Part shown: piece by piece, positions 63,585 to 64,000 of the stretch
Layout of the letters: the number at the start of each line of letters is the position of its first letter
Position numbering within the stretch: position 1 is the stretch's first letter
NCBI GenBank assembly: GCA_016186695.1
Contig: JACPLC010000002.1
Location: forward strand, 31,335 to 95,334
DNA from: Candidatus Kaiserbacteria bacterium
GTDB lineage: Bacteria > Patescibacteriota > Minisyncoccia > Phycocordibacterales > UBA2100
DNA: 64,000 bases
Reading direction: 5' to 3'
Translations under genes and position numbers: made by a program
The notes under the pieces: generated by a model
Database searches by the model: none
What the model was told of the DNA's origin: nothing
Seen by the model: only the letters and a program-made list of their open reading frames with translations

Positions 63585-64000
63585 ATGGGCATGCAGTATA
63601 CGTTGACCGAACCTTTCTCGAGGTAGGACTCGAGCGTTAGCGAGAAGGGTGCGGCGAGAGGGATAGGGCCGCTTCGCGTGATTGCGTGAAGCTTGAAGCC
63701 GTGTGCGGCGAGGGAATCGGGAAGCGTTTCCGGCGCATTGCCGGCGCGCACGAGCGCTTCTGGATTGTATTCAATGATGAGCCGGGGTTTTAAGGCGAGC
63801 GTTCTTTCCATACCGCGTAGGGCGTTCAATTCACCGCCCTCGATATCCATTTTAATGACATCAGCGTGTCCGGTTCCCGTTTCCTGCATGAACGCATCAA
63901 GCGTTATCGACGGCACTTCTAAACGCTCTGCATGCTCCTGAGCGATCGTGCTGTGGCAGCCGGTGCTTCCCTCCACGTGGTAGAAGGGGGCGCGTCCTTC
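63581..64000 (-). CDS. FkbM-family methyltransferase, C-terminal part (gene start lies beyond the window end)
   Basis: ..GHADVIKMDIEGGELNALRGM.. (FkbM IK.DvEGaE motif). The frame is open to the window edge. ATGA overlap with the GT4. Confidence 0.6.
   Translation of the reverse strand, partial: EGRAPFYHVEGSTGCHSTIAQEHAERLEVPSITLDAFMQETGTGHADVIKMDIEGGELNALRGMERTLALKPRLIIEYNPEALVRAGNAPETLPDSLAAHGFKLHAITRSGPIPLAAPFSLTLESYLEKGSVNVYCMPI

Noticed and set aside
1-64000. Search by eye for CRISPR arrays, tRNA/rRNA genes, transposases/integrases and direct repeats flanking the rhs island
   Set aside because: No regularly spaced short repeats, no tRNA-like cloverleaf-sized conserved segments in the intergenic gaps, and no DDE/tyrosine-recombinase-like ORFs were seen. 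The rhs island appears bounded only by compositional shifts, not by recognisable mobile-element ends.

Overview
This is a high-GC (roughly 60%) bacterial chromosomal segment that is almost entirely a cell-surface glycan biosynthesis super-cluster, with a polymorphic-toxin (Rhs) island embedded in the middle.

Glycan part:
- dTDP-rhamnose genes (rmlB-rmlA) and about ten GT4 glycosyltransferases.
- Two convergent ArnT/PMT-like GT-C membrane transferases, with an ArnB-like sugar aminotransferase next to them.
- A complete but dispersed ADP-L-glycero-D-manno-heptose pathway: gmhA, gmhB, an HldA-type kinase, an HldC-type adenylyltransferase and hldD, plus a GT9 heptosyltransferase and a zinc-ribbon SAM methyltransferase.
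- GDP-mannose 4,6-dehydratase and two FkbM methyltransferases.
- Two separate nonulosonic-acid (pseudaminic/legionaminic-type) cassettes. One carries a formyltransferase; the other carries a hexapeptide acetyltransferase and a NeuC-like hydrolysing 2-epimerase.
- A fused TMD-NBD ABC exporter and two KpsS/KpsC-like paralogs flank the nonulosonic-acid cassettes.

Toxin island (26.1-34.8 kb):
- A roughly 2360-aa TcB-TcC-fusion-like Rhs protein: SpvB-like N-terminus, FG-GAP/VCBS repeats, YD/RHS shell, and DPxGL core end.
- Its C-terminal tip is AT-richer than the surroundings and glycine-zipper-rich.
- A 71-aa two-TM candidate immunity gene follows, then a displaced Rhs core fragment and a mucin-like Thr/Ser/Pro-rich membrane protein.

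Other notable modules:
- A ThDP-dependent E1alpha/E1beta pair, a Zn-alcohol dehydrogenase and the heptose-7-phosphate kinase form one operon.
- A YefM-like antitoxin plus RelE/ParE toxin pair sits between the heptose genes.
- A translationally coupled tandem-repeat protein, NUDIX hydrolase and EEP-like protein form a small module of unknown function.
- A short UDP-glucose-dehydrogenase-like protein lacks the C-terminal UDP-binding domain.

No rRNA, tRNA, CRISPR array, transposase or integrase gene is recognisable by eye. Several long antisense ORFs are judged to be GC-driven artefacts.
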